The translations under genes were made by a program, and so were the position numbers. A stretch of DNA of 61,226 nucleotides, filler included, from Collodictyon triciliatum (lineage: Eukaryota): assembly GCA_043381765.1 (NCBI GenBank). It is 5 parts of 4 records of this genome, joined end to end, with 100 filler letters (N's around TTAATTAATTAA, not from the genome) between each part and the next. Parts side by side here need not be neighbours in the genome. Positions count along the whole stretch, not along the records: positions 28,799 to 43,162 come from JBHJMP010001842.1; 4 more parts are not named here. One strand, written 5' to 3'. Shown in pieces: positions 28,799 to 42,859 of this stretch (position 1 is its first letter; every line of letters begins with the position of its first letter). Under the pieces are notes generated by a model. That model was not told where the DNA came from. It did not search any database and saw only the letters and a program-made list of their open reading frames with translations.

Positions 28799-29253
28799 GG
28801 CAAGCCGATAGTATATCCTCCAGTGTAAGCGCGGTTTGCAAAGTTTGCAATCACGATGACATCGTCACCAGCGCCGCCCTTGTTCCATCGATGGAATGCT
28901 GGGTGATTATGGGGTTAAGGGTCATTGAGTGGTGGGGATTTCACCAGAGGGTCTTTGGAGTATACTTTTTTTTTTAATTAGGAATCTAAAAATAAAATAA
29001 AATAAAAATCATAGTTTCGGCTATATATGGATTTATGAGGCGGATTACTGGATAGATGATGGCTTACCAATAACTTTGTCATTATTGTTGATGTGGAAGA
29101 AGTTGAGACTCGCTCCAGAAAGCTGTAAAGGAAGAGAAACAAGAAGCAATTTTTTTTTTTTTTAAAAAAAAAACAAACGAGGTGACGTGAAGTCTTGCAT
29201 GCGTTATTCGTATAAAAGGTCGTCGTGAGTGGATGTGCGTTTGGAAAAAAAAA
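28799..29253 (-). other. Partial second copy (two exons plus introns) of the GH13 gene 3' region
   Basis: Near-identical to ~36558-37008; bounded by gaps on both sides. Confidence 0.9.
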
Positions 29254-30129
29254 NNNNNNNNNNNNNNNNNNNNNNNNNNNNNNNNNNNNNNNNNNNNNNN
29301 NNNNNNNNNNNNNNNNNNNNNNNNNNNNNNNNNNNNNNNNNNNNNNNNNNNNNNNNNNNNNNNNNNNNNNNNNNNNNNNNNNNNNNNNNNNNNNNNNNNN
29401 NNNNNNNNNNNNNNNNNNNNNNNNNNNNNNNNNNNNNNNNNNNNNNNNNNNNNNNNNNNNNNNNNNNNNNNNNNNNNNNNNNNNNNNNNNNNNNNNNNNN
29501 NNNNNNNNNNNNNNNNNNNNNNNNNNNNNNNNNNNNNNNNNNNNNNNNNNNNNNNNNNNNNNNNNNNNNNNNNNNNNNNNNNNNNNNNNNNNNNNNNNNN
29601 NNNNNNNNNNNNNNNNNNNNNNNNNNNNNNNNNNNNNNNNNNNNNNNNNNNNNNNNNNNNNNNNNNNNNNNNNNNNNNNNNNNNNNNNNNNNNNNNNNNN
29701 NNNNNNNNNNNNNNNNNNNNNNNNNNNNNNNNNNNNNNTTATTTCGTTCTTCATTTTCTATTTGAATCTGCCAACGTGGCACTTTTCCCGGCGTAAATAA
29801 CAAAACCTGAACGGGATTTGACTAATTTGGCTGCTGCGGAGACCCGCTTCAGCGCGCTTTGTGGATGCACCGCCGCCAAAAGGAAAAATAAAGCAACACG
29901 AACTAACGAGAAAATCACGTGAAAAAGCAACCATAACCCAGCAGAAAACGAAGAGCGGGTGCGATAGAAGCAAAAGAAGAGAATAAGCATGTGTAAATAA
30001 CTTTTGGAATCAAATAGGGCGGGTCTGGACTTGGGCTGTAATGGCACTACCCAACTCGCGCGTTAGGTTTCGAGTGGGGATTGACTTTGTTCAACTACGC
30101 CTAGCAGAAAGTCATCCAATAAGGTAAAC

Positions 30130-32312
30130 ATGCAAGTAGTTGCTTGCTTGCTTCTTTGTTTTCGCTATTTTTTTTTTCTACATGACCTGCTATCCCCTAT
30201 ATGCTTTTTAAACATGCTCACTTTGCGCACAAACTTTGTGGAATACTTGCGATGGCTATCTCGTTGATCAAATATTGATTTCACTTACCTTAGCAAGGAA
30301 AAAAAACCGGTTTGTCTTCGGGTTAACTTTGATCATTTTCGGAAGCTCTCCACAGCCTTTCAGGGCGCTGGTTTTCATTCCTCACTATGGCCCTAATATT
30401 TGTATTTTTCTGTTCTTTTCTCTCGGTTATCTAACTGCGCAATGATTGTTTACCGCCTTTCATACGATAATATACATGTATCCCATTCTTTCCATTCGGT
30501 TTATCTTGAGTATAACCGGTTCATTGATATATTACCGCATTCTGCTGTAATGGTAGCGATAATGATGATGAATAACACAGATGCTAACCCCATATGGAGG
30601 GATTTTTCATCGTTTGAATATGAAACTGAACAAGCCCACCGACTTTATAGAAAGTATTTTGACATTGAAGTCCTGATGAAAGATCAAGATTGTCATGTAG
30701 AGGGTAGATATATCAATTAGCATAAAAATATCTTTTATATGCATTCTCTTTGTTTGTTACGGTATCCTCACTATTTTTGTTGATATGGACCACCTCTGTG
30801 GTTCTATCTTGCTACATTTCAGATACCATTGATTACAACATCATTATTGACGAAGCTTCTTTTTTGCTTCTATAAATAGCCACACTAGGAAGTATCTCCA
30901 TAGATTTGCAGACCCTTTCACTGGGGCCGACTGAATATGAACTCTCTCTTAATGTGCATCTTATTCTATTATATTAACCCGTATTATTCTCATTTATTAT
31001 ACTAGCCAAGTGTTCTGTTTGCATTAAAAAAAATCGCAACTGTTTTACGATACGTTTTTTTTACAGAAATCATCAGAAATTCGCCTGAGACTCTCTGTCA
31101 AAATGGAACAAGTGTCCAAAATCCAGTTTCAATTTACCAATATTGCTGTTAAAAGCCTTCCTGCCATCGAGCCATTTATCAACCCTCATGGTCATGTGAC
31201 ATTCAAAGAAATGTACAACATTTATCCATGATATTCATTCTCATATATTACATACAACTGGCTAAAGTAACACTCTTGTTTTATCTCTCTGATGCCTCCA
31301 CAGAGAAACGCACCAAATTGATATCGAATCGAGTGAATCAAACAAATGGAGTGCCCTAACAACTCTGCATGCAGAATCCACCCTCAAGGTATGAATTTGT
31401 TGGTATTTGTTTAATTGATTAATTTATGTCTTTTGTATGTGCTTTACTACATAGCATCATCCCACTTTTTTTTTGCAGAAAAAGTTGATTTTTTTATTAT
31501 CCGTATAGAACCTAATTGATGGCGAAGTTAATTTTGACTTGTACCAAGTTTTAGTCGAGACAAGCGAACTTATATACATCGGATATGCTACTGTAAAATT
31601 GAAATTACTAAGGGAATATCGTGCGCAATTATTTAAATTTAACTGACTTATAACATATCATTTAATCACAATAATAATTCCATAGGTCATCTTACGCCCT
31701 TTTGTTTCCTTGGGTTCGCAGAAAATCTACCATTTTCGAGAGACAATAAACAACAGAATCGCATCAATTGGCATTATTGAAGGAGATATCTCTATTCAAG
31801 ATGTTCCAACATTTGCCCCGTTGAAAGAGGGCCTCATTAAAGACGATGGACTATCTTCTACTGCTACAAAGCTGCATTCAGACCTACCTGACTTCAACTC
31901 GACTCTGTGAGTTCTTTTCATTTACGGTTTCTTTATCGCTTTAAATAGTATATTATATTATATTATATTATATTATATTATATTATATTATATTATATTA
32001 TATTATATTATATTATATTATATTATATTCCCATAACTGATAACTGAGAGTTATTTGATACATACAATACCCTGGTCGTAGATTTCCGAGAAAGACAGCA
32101 CACGGGACCGTTTTTCAATGTATCCCATATTCTTGCGAATTTTATCACCTTTTAAGAATGAGAAAAAAAATCCAACAAATAATTATATTGGAGTCAATTT
32201 TTATTCTATTAATCATACAAAACATCTCTTTTTTTTTTCCAGAATCAAGACCATACCTTGTCATGCAGAAGAGGAAAAAGGCCTGGCGAAAAGTTCATGA
32301 AATGGAATAATA
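30130..32312 (+). CDS. Tandem C2-domain protein resembling the N-terminus of Dictyostelium DwwA-like proteins; ends uncertain
   Basis: Spliced exons read CLRVNFDHFRKLST..ANPIWRDFSSFEYET..LYRKYFDIEV, LGSISIDLQTLSLGP and RLSVKMEQ. Family call from memory of motifs. Confidence 0.55.
31950..32028. repeat. (TATTA)n microsatellite, intronic
   Basis: Visible tandem array. Confidence 0.95.
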
Positions 32313-33248
32313 AAAAAAATTATGTAATAAACTTCTTACCTACCGTCATGTAATTTTACCACGATTAAAATCCTCAAGCCCTGGTATTATCTATCATGTG
32401 GGTTTATATATATCTGCACGCCCCATCCTCAGTGCAACTACTTTCTATTGATCGAACAAAAACCTCTTCTTTTGAATAGAATCGAAGTAAGGATTATCGA
32501 TTAAAAAAATTAGTTCTTATACATGTAATTGCAATTATCAGGATGTATTCTTTATACAAAACACTTCAATGGCACAAATTAAGATTAGAATGTCCAATAT
32601 ACTCTTTGACTTTGGGCTGTTTTAGCTTCGGAAAAAAACAAGTAGAATAACGTCGAAATGGACACAATACGCATACTGGATTTCGATTATAATTTGCCCC
32701 ATTCCCTGGTTCATTTGCCTTGGTTGCCAGATTAAAACACAGGAAAAAAAAAAAGGGGGGAGACGTATCTCCGCAGCCTTCGTCCGATTCTTGTTTGTTG
32801 CCTAAAAAAAATACACCAACATGGCCATGGCACTGTTCTGTGACGTGGTTTTTGTCGGCCTGGGTCGAGTTGGACACTGATTGAACACGGCGGAAACATC
32901 TTTAACTTTATATTCCACAATTGATTTTGGGGGCGCTTTAAGCGGTTCGACATTATTTATCCATTTCTGGAATATCATTCAATCACCAACGCATCCCGCG
33001 TGTGCCTTTCGGCCTGTTCTGCCCTCGTACATCACAAGAGGCCACCATCCGATAGATTCAAATTTACGCATAAGCCCAAGCAGGAACTGAACAGAACAGA
33101 AGAGAACAGAACAGAAGAGGCTAAAAGACAAGGCAGACATTGCCAGTATTCTTTGTTTGGTGGTTGCCAAACATAATAAGGCAGATAAACCTTTGCGTCT
33201 ACCTCGAAGAGAGAGAGAAAGGGGCAAAAAGAGAGATCGAGCTGCGGA

Positions 33249-33282
<34 letters not shown>

Positions 33283-33380
33283 TACTAACCGGTAAACCCA
33301 AACTCAGGATAAGCACAAACAAACACACACACACACACTATTTTACAAAGAGGCGCACACCAAAAAAATAAAAACACACA

Positions 33381-34796
33381 ATGAGCCAGGCACGCCTTCG
33401 CAACTATGAACTCCGGGACGGGGCTGTGGGCTCCGATCAGCTGTCAACGCGCCTGTCAACAGATCTGCGCGTCCACATCCGCTCGTTGGCGCTGCATCCC
33501 ATCTTCACGCGCGAGTGGTTCTCCATGGTTGATTCCTTGCAGCACATCTCGTCGATCGCCCTTATGGAGGATCGTCTGCAGGCCGGGCAGGCGCCAAGCA
33601 CTCTGTGGGAGCGTGAAGAACTGACTGTCCGCTACATGCTGGAGGAAGGCAAGCTGAATGTCAGTCTCCGCAACATGGTCGACTTCTTTGCTTTCAAGCA
33701 AGCCTATGCGAAGGACCCGTTGGCAGCCCTTGCGGTTTGTGCAGATTCTTGATGTCATAATTGGGATATATAGATATAAGTCTATCTGTATATCATATTG
33801 GATGAAGGTATCAATCTCCATTTCCTGGTTGACTTATTCCATAAACTTATTTTCTTCGAAATATCTTCTTTTCTTTTTCACTTCTCAACCCCTTCAGAAA
33901 TATGTTCAGTCGACTGGCCAAGACCAACCCACTCTTGAGACAAAAATGTTTGTGTATGAACAGAGTCTTGGGATGTTGCTGCGATGTGCTTTTATGTCTG
34001 TAGAATCTCTCCAAACCCTCGATCTTTCTCTCCTTGTGGCCCATACAAACAATGTCCTCCAGGCCGCAATTGATGACGGAAAGGTAAAAAGTCCACAAAC
34101 ACAGTAATTAGGTCTTGGGTATTGTAGCTATTTCTTCAAATATGGTTCATTTCACTCGCTTTTCCTTCTATCATATCTCTTTCATGTAACTCAGAAAATA
34201 CTATAATATATATATATATATATATTATTCCAGCCTCCCAACGAAACGGCACAAGGCTCCCTCGTTCTTCACTATCTATCGTCTGTGGCCACCCATCTGG
34301 AGAAGCTAAACGAAGAGCGCCTGGCTTCTCTCCTTGAATCAAACGACACTGTTACCCAGGTCATCAAACTGCTCCACATTCACGGCAAAGCTATGAGCAA
34401 GGAATATGTCTTATCTGGGGCAGTCTTTCTTTCTGGAATCTTCAACTCCGATGCTTATTCCGCACGCCGTGTACGCTGACCATTACATCGCAATATTTTT
34501 TTTCCATTTTTTCAGTGACTTCTCTTTTTCAAGGCCTCACAGGGGAAAAAATCATTTTACTCTTTTTTCAGAGTCGATATATCAAGACCCAAGAAACGAA
34601 GAAGCAGATTGTTGAAGTCCGAGGTTTATTTCCTTCATCTATAGTCAACGACTTCAATCCCATGACTCCGCTTGATATCTGAATATGTCTCCGCCATCTA
34701 GTCCACCTACTCGCTGAGTTCGAGAGTACATCAGAGAACAGGAAGAAACTCCAAGGGTTGATTGAGCAGTGTGCCGACTTCAGGCGACAGGTCTAA
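33381..34796 (+). CDS. Conserved helical protein resembling the ZMYND10/BLU N-terminal region, without a MYND finger
   Basis: Five GC-richer exons with GT-AG introns. Segments LHPIFTREW, MLEEGKLNVSL and YEQSLGMLL resemble ZMYND10 spacing. The gene is solid; the family call is tentative. Confidence 0.55.
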
Positions 34797-35071
34797 GTCG
34801 CGTAGCTCGCTAGGGCCATCCCACAACACGCGTTATTTTCATGAAGACAATCCCGTCAACGACTTTATTATCGCTACATTACCGCCAGTTTGTTTGAGTA
34901 TGAGCAACAGGGGCGATTGGTTTCAGTCGTTTAGTATGTAAGACGGGCTTTATTGGAGCAATTGTTTGTTAAAGCTAGAAGCTGGAAAGCGTGTGCATTC
35001 CGGGGTGTGAATGGGAGGGATTTCATAGGAGAGGTACATTGTTGGATGGATGAGACTTTGTGCGGTCAGGC

Positions 35072-35488
<417 letters not shown>

Positions 35489-36006
35489 TTATGCGTGGGT
35501 TGTTTGTCGGGTTGTGTCTGGAGACGCTTGTTGTTGCTTGTTGCGGGCTGGTGAATGGCGGTCAATATGAGTTCTGATGCAAGGCGAAATCACAGCGGGT
35601 TTTGATTCCTGTTTATATAATTCATCAAAGATATCCAATCCATTTCTATATATAGGCAAGATTCGAATTGAAAGCACATAAAACCGTTGATAGTTTTTCC
35701 TTTTAAGTGAAATTTTAATTTTATGCATATGTGGAATTTATAGTAAATTCAGTTCTCATTCATCAATAGTTAAACCAAAGTAACATTTATCAATATATAT
35801 ACTTAATTTAATAAATAATGATGTGTATATGAGGCTATATATTGAAGCACTGATATAAAATCGACATAACTTGACGAACTACCACCCGAGCAGCGCATTC
35901 GCTGATGAGTCACCATAATAGGTATGCTCACGCAATGTTCAGACATTGACAAGGCACACGAGAAGCACCGAAAAGGAGGGTCAGTCAAGCGCTTTGGCGA
36001 CTTCGT

Positions 36007-37408
36007 TTATTGAGAGAGAACGATGACCGAGTATGGGCCCAGGTAGACGTTTCCGTAGTAGCTGAGGCCTACAGAAGCAGCCGAGTTGGATTTAGTTGGA
36101 ACGCATAGAAGACAGCAACCAAAACCCCGCATGAAATCACCGAAAAAAGAAAATAAAAATTTTAAAGAAAGACGCATATCTACAGAATTCAACAGCAAGA
36201 AAAAGAGCTGCAAATAATACAGAGCTGGAAGTGGTGGGGTATCCCTCATCCACACTCATGCGTTCCTTTTTTGTTTTGTTTTTGTTTTTGCGGCGTAATC
36301 TTTCTTTTCTTTTTCATGCTTGTTACCGTCGCGGTTGCCTGGTGTGGCTTGGACTGTGGTGTACTGGGCTCCAAAGTCTGTGAAGTCAGGGGAGTAGCGC
36401 TTCAGGTCGCTGTTGAGGCGGACGCGGTAGTAGCCAGCTAAGTGGACAGAGAAGAGTTTGAGCCTGTGTGGAAATTCTTATGCAGGGCCAGGATGTGAGA
36501 GCGAAGTAAAAGGGGCGAAAGAAAGTATGAGAGAGAGAGAGTCTGGACGAACCGCGCGGCAAGCCGATAGTATATCCTCCAGTGTAAGCGCGGTTTGCAA
36601 AGTTTGCAATCACGATGACATCGTCACCAGCGCCGCCCTTGTTCCATCGATGGAATGCTGGGTGATTATGGGATTAAGGGTCATTGAGTGTTGGGGATTT
36701 CACCAGAGGGTCTTTGGAGTACACTTTTTTTTTTAATTAGGAATCTAAAAATAAAATAATATAAAAATTATAGTTTCATCTGTGTATGGATTTATGGGGC
36801 GGATTACTGGATAGATGATGGCTTACCAATCACTTTATCTTTGTTGTTGGTATGGAAGAAGTTGAGACTCGCTCCAGAAAGCTGTAAAGGAAGAGAAACA
36901 AGAAGCAATTTTTTTTTTTAAAAAAAACAAACAAACGAGGCGACGTGATGTCTTGCATGCGTTATTCGTATAAAAGGTCGCAGTGCGTGGATGTGTGTTT
37001 CGAAAAAAAGATGTCAGGTGTGGCGATACAAAATGAATGGAGTACCCCCGCACTCCAGCCATCCAGATTACGGCGAAGGCGAATCAAGTCACGGGTAAGA
37101 TAAAACAGCCCCTGTTTGATTTACGTGCAAATTTATTTTAGTTGATGTTGATTAATAGACCACTCAGTTTTTTAGGTACAATCCAATATGATTTGGAAGG
37201 CTAAGGCTGAGAAAGTTTTTGAGGTTTGACAGAGTACCTGGTATGGCCCAACTGAAGTCCATACTCCATTTCCGTTGTTGTCGTAATGGAAATCTCCCAC
37301 CTTCATTTTACGAATATAACATGAATAAGAATAAGGTATTTACTCACCAGCACATACATACGAATAAATTTGTTGGTAGTGNNNNNNNNNNTACGAATAA
37401 ATTTGTTT

Positions 37409-37448
<40 letters not shown>

Positions 37449-40400
37449 GAGAGATCAAAAGACATGAATTTTACTTTAGTCCAGTTGAGTTTGGGTGTGT
37501 TGTCGAAAGAGAAATTTTCGCTGTTGATTACAGAGTAGATAGTCAGTTCCAAAGAGACGAAAAAAATGGGTCTAACATGTTATTTATATGAGATACTATT
37601 ATGATATAGTGAAGCGACTAGGTATATGCCTGGCAAGGAATTCTTGTCCCATGAAAATCATTGGAATTCCAGGAGCTACAGGAAATAAATTAATATTGCT
37701 ATTATCATTGATATGAATTCTCTGGTGTATTTCTTTCCTTTCTTTTTTAAAATTAAAATTTCAAATACATATATATCAAGTCTGTTCCTGTAGTAAAAAG
37801 GAATTGCATTACTTTCAAGTAGTTTCAAATATATTACTAAATCGTGTAATATATGCATATACCTGTCATGACCATGGCTAACCCTAGCATTGAGCGTTTC
37901 TGAGCCCAATAACTTCCAGGGTCTCTGTTGTCAACCAAGCGAGGCATGCGCCCCTCCTAATGTTTTGAATGAGCGAAATAAGTCGAAAATATGGTATTAT
38001 TATTTTTGGTCAGATAAACTGATTCACGTAGAGTTGTTCTGATGAAATGATAACAGCATCTAGAAAAGAAATTACAGCAGAGTTTTGACCAGACGCTTTG
38101 TCGTGAGTCTCTGTGTAAATAACACGGTACGAGTGCCACGCCGACTCGGTGAACTGTTCCAAGTAAATTCAGATTAAAAATGTTTGATTTTGATTATAAA
38201 ACCAGAAATATAATAAAATATCAGGTGTACTAAATGAGGGTTTTGATTTTTCGGAAGATTAGAGAAGTTTAAGACCGATTTCATAACTAAACAAAAAAAA
38301 AAAACCTTTCGGTTAAGGGCGTTCATGTCACTGAAGGATATGGTTAAAATATGTTTAGAAAAAATCACTTCATAATATAAAAGGAAAACATCATAATGCT
38401 TAAATGGAACACAAATTGGTTGTGGATGGATGACTCACCGGGATGAATCGTCAGAAGTCGTGAGAACACCCTTCATGGTGTAATAGAACTGCTCTTCCCA
38501 TTGACCACTGAAAGCAGCTCCTCCTTGAGAAGACTTGAAAAAAAGCACATTAGATGTAATCAAAACGACTTCCATTTCTAGACATATTTTCAGTTAAAAT
38601 CAAAACAATTTTTACCGGTTTGTTCAAGTTGATGTCATATTGCAAGTCTTCAGCAATACTAACACCACCCAAAGATGCGGTCAAATCGTTGGCTCGAGCC
38701 ATCATATTCCACCCCTTAGTATTATATATTTTCCGTAAGCAAAGGAAGTTGTATTAAGAGAGTCACACTTTAACTTTCTCCTTGTCAGTTTCATCCTATG
38801 AATGATAAACCTCCACAAGTGTATCAGTGCTTTCCCAACAATATGTGGCAGGCTTGCGAATGCAGACTGTGGCGTCCCATCTAAGGAATTACAAAATGGT
38901 TGATAAAAGTGAGAAAAGGAAAACTTTAAACTAAAGTTAGACTATAATAACATATTTTTGCTCTTGAAGGGGCTAAAATCAAAGTTGCGACCGAGAAGCC
39001 TGCAGTGTACCTGAAACCAGAGACCTTGTACTCTTTCATCAAGGTAGCGATGTTGTCGATAAAGAACTGAGAAACTTCCGCACGTCCATAATCAGGTCTG
39101 TTCAGAAGCAATTTCAGAGAGGAAATGCAGAGTCTTTCACCAATAAAAATCAAATTAAATGATGGTTTAATTAACTGAATGAATACCGTGGGCCCCATGG
39201 GGTATTCGCTCGGTAATCTTGGTAAAAATAGATTCCTCCAGGAGTTCCACCAGGGAAGCCATTGCCTGTAGAATATAAAGGAGCAAAATGAGCTTTAGTG
39301 TTTTCTTTTCTTTCTTTTTTTACAAAAATTCTGTTCCTACCAACTTCACTCCATCCATCATAAATCCAGTGGACATTAGGGTCACCAACATGGTTAAAGA
39401 CAACGTCAACGAGGACATACATTCCACGGCTTAAGCATTCCTTGATAAATCTGTTTTTCGTATATTAGATATTGGAGGTATAGAAGGATTCATAGTTAAA
39501 CGTATGTATCAAAGTGATTAAAATTTTATGTAAAAAAAAAAGAAGAAAAAGCAAAGGACTTAGAAAGTGATGAGATAATAGATACCTCTTGAATTCCTGT
39601 AATTATTCGCCACATCGAATATGATGTTGGATGTTAGCAAGATAAATCGAAATTAAATAGGACCATACTTTGGACTCCAGTGAAAATAAAAAGGTACTCA
39701 AAAGCTTACCAAGTAGCCTCCATACACATTGTCGATAGCAAAAAAGTTTCCAGGATTGTAGCCCCATGAGATCGAATTGGGGAAATCGTTGACAGGCATC
39801 AGCTCCACCGCGTTAACACCAAGTTCTTTGAGGTAATCGAGACGTTGGATAGCTTCGGCGAATGTTCCTTCCACTTGGGTCTAAAGTATGGGGAGTAATA
39901 ATATAGAGCGATTTTTTTAAAAGAATGTTGGAAGATGGGACCTAAAGGCTTACCTTGGGGTTGAATGTTCCAATATGAATTTCATAGATGACCAATTCAA
40001 GTTTGTTGGGAATGATGGGATTGATTTGGGTTCCCCAATCATACTCTGGCTCATGAACCTGACCGCATCGATTGAAATAGAAAGGAATATCAAATTGAAT
40101 ATTGGGGACTCATCGCTCCGAAATATTAATTTATACAAAAAATTATTATCATATGGCTCTTTCAATAGTTTTTTAGATATGAAAAGACAAGTTACTTCAG
40201 AATGCACCCAGTCAGGTGGGCTCGCCATGGACTGGCTTCTAGGGTCCATTCTCTTCAGGGTTTGGCCCTTGTACTTGATCTCATAGTAGTATTGGGTGCC
40301 GGGAAGGGCATTGGTCACCTAAGATAAAAAAAAAATTTCAGATTGTTCAGAATTTTTGATGATTTCTTATAAAAGAGTATGTAATTATCTCTTGCATCAT

Positions 40401-42338
40401 GTTTACGTTAAACTAGAACTTACATTCAAGCACCAGTTACCACCAGTTTGGGGCTCCATGGGAACAGCAGCCCATCCGTTCGCGTTCGAAGCCCCTGTGG
40501 TTTTGATGATTACACCATGCATTAAGAGATGAATAGAAATGGTTCGATGTTTTGTAAAACAATAGTTTACATCCAACAGATTCAGCGAAAGGAGCCCAGA
40601 CGCGGAAGGATGTTCCTCTTTTACATAGGGATTTGTTTAGTTATTTTATAATGGAATTTTATTTTTGATGTCTTTTATTTACGGGGGGTCTAGACATTAA
40701 TATTTTATCATGAAATGAACACGTATCGGTAAGTGTGTATGAATTAAATAGCGTTTACCTGTAGACCCAGCGACCATCAGACAAAACATAACCACACTTG
40801 TTAATAGCCCATGGCTGAGGACCAAGGCTCGCTGGAAATGCAGAGTCGAGAATAAATAGACATATAATAAAAGCGTGAGGGACATATTACTGCAATAAAA
40901 TAATGCTGGGGTATTGAATAACCTGATCCACACGCAAGGGATTCATATCGAGCAAGGTTAATTGGCTTTCTATCCTCAGCAGATGATGTGATATGATTTC
41001 CGACCATGGGAATCTCAGGGAAATTTCCAACACTGAGCAGGTCATCTTGAGACCTGGTGTGTGGATGAATTCAACGAATAAGGTAAAATGGATGACATGG
41101 GAGAAAAAGAAAAAAATCGAGAATGGGTTGCTGTCGAAGAAGATTGGCATACACTTGAGCAGAAGAGATTAGGTCAGCAATTTGGGGCATAAACTGGGAC
41201 GTCTTTTGGGATTGGGGCTCGAAAGTCATGCCAAAGTCGCGACCACTGAGAATAACATAGCTCCATTCCTCCCTTGTGTATGTATTGATTTAAGGATAAT
41301 TCTCATGGACCAAACTTAACTGTTATAATTAAGATTTTTTTTTTTGGTGAGCTTAACTTTTCAAAAAAAAAAAAAAAAAAAGAGGAAAAATTCCGGAATG
41401 AGACTAAGGTATATTACGAAGGAAGGAAGCCAAGTTGAGAGAGGGCTTTGAACGAGACTGTGAACAGCAAGCTTGCAGTGGCCTCATCATAGACAGGATT
41501 GGAAATGAAAACAGACGTCTCGGAGCAGTCGCCAAGAACTAACTTGGTCTCCTTCAAATTGGTCTATTGAAGGCATCATCCATTAATAGTTTCATCTTAG
41601 CAAAGGAGAAAAGGAGAATGGAAATTGAGCGAAAAAGAAAAATATATATTCTGAAAAAATCCTTTATATAGTAATACATCTACAACACAATCTGAAGAGG
41701 AAAGTGTGCAAGTATATAATTATCCAAATGTAACCTCAATCATAAAGTCCCACGGCTTGCGGGAGTCGATGGAAACACCCGGATTCTTGTAGGCGTGGGT
41801 GGCTCCACTGCCGACAATATTGTCAGCATCTACGTAAATCTGCACATACATAGATTCCGTGGAAGGCTTGGGCTGCGCGAAACGAACTTGCAAGAGGAGG
41901 TCAGGGATGATGCGGACGCGTGGATCGGGAATGACATCCACTGAGGCGATGAAGCCGGTAATGTCCCAAATTCCTCTGTAGAGAATATGCCGAGGTTAGA
42001 AAATAAAAACGCAACAAGAAAAAATAATTATGATTGAAGAAAATAAAGAAAAAGAAGGAAAAAGAAAAAAATAAAGAAAATTAAGAATGAAGAAAGAAAA
42101 AGATGCATTTATAAACATAGTGATCGGAGAGTTAAGGACACGAAAAAAATCACATAGTAAGTGGATAATAAAAGAACCCGTTCAGTTGCTGGGCATAAGG
42201 GCCCCACAAGTCCCCGGCAGGATCGACATGCTTGACAAAGGTGTTTTCTGGGATTGGAACCGCAATTGCAAGGCTGCAGCACAAGAATGCGACGGCAGCC
42301 GCTGCGACTAGAGTCGTTGTCCCACGAGTCTTGGTCAT
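36007..42338 (-). CDS. Secreted GH13 alpha-glucan-active enzyme of bacterial branching-enzyme/trehalohydrolase type: signal peptide, DOMON-like module, CBM48, GH13 barrel, C-terminal beta domain
   Basis: More than 20 exons splice in frame: FRVWAP, IYEIHIGTF, ELMPV..SWGYNP, DVVFNH, GFRWDAT (nucleophile), IAED (acid/base), YTETHD, PGIPMIFMGQE, DLIRLRRN, AFHRW..DDVIVIANF. Confidence 0.93.
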
Positions 42339-42859
42339 GGTAGATCTATGATGGAATGCAGGGAATGTGAGGACTAATCCTCCTTGGGGGAAGGGATGCT
42401 CGCTGGGTTCCTGCCACAACCGTGCTAAGGTTGTGTCTGGTTTTGAGCGATTTATGGCCCTCGTGTGTTGGTGTTGTGTGTGTAGCTTTGATTGTTTGCA
42501 AGACAACTTTGGTGGGTTATTTTATTGACATTTCAAATCCAGAAACGCTATATGTACGGAAACGCTGGGTTTCCCAATAATTCCTACATTCTGTCGGAAT
42601 GTATGAAAGCGAACTAATTTCTAGGAATAAGCAATCATTTTATTCATATGCATAAAATTAATATAATTTAATTCAAAATCCAGCAATTAAGTAATTTAAG
42701 AAATAATTATATGATCGTAAATAAATTATAATTTAGTTTCCACATATAATTATACTAAATCTGGTGGTTGCTCCATACAGCTCTCCATAGAGAAACATGG
42801 GGTGTTGCGCGAATGGGGACGGGTACACCCCAGAATCTGACGCTGCCCAGAAATCGCAT

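Noticed and set aside
32560-33230. Several short ORFs upstream of the ZMYND10-like gene
   Set aside because: No consistent exon chain or domain could be built.
37355-37410. Direct repeat TACGAATAAATTTGTT on both sides of a 10-N gap
   Set aside because: Typical unmerged contig overlap rather than a TSD.
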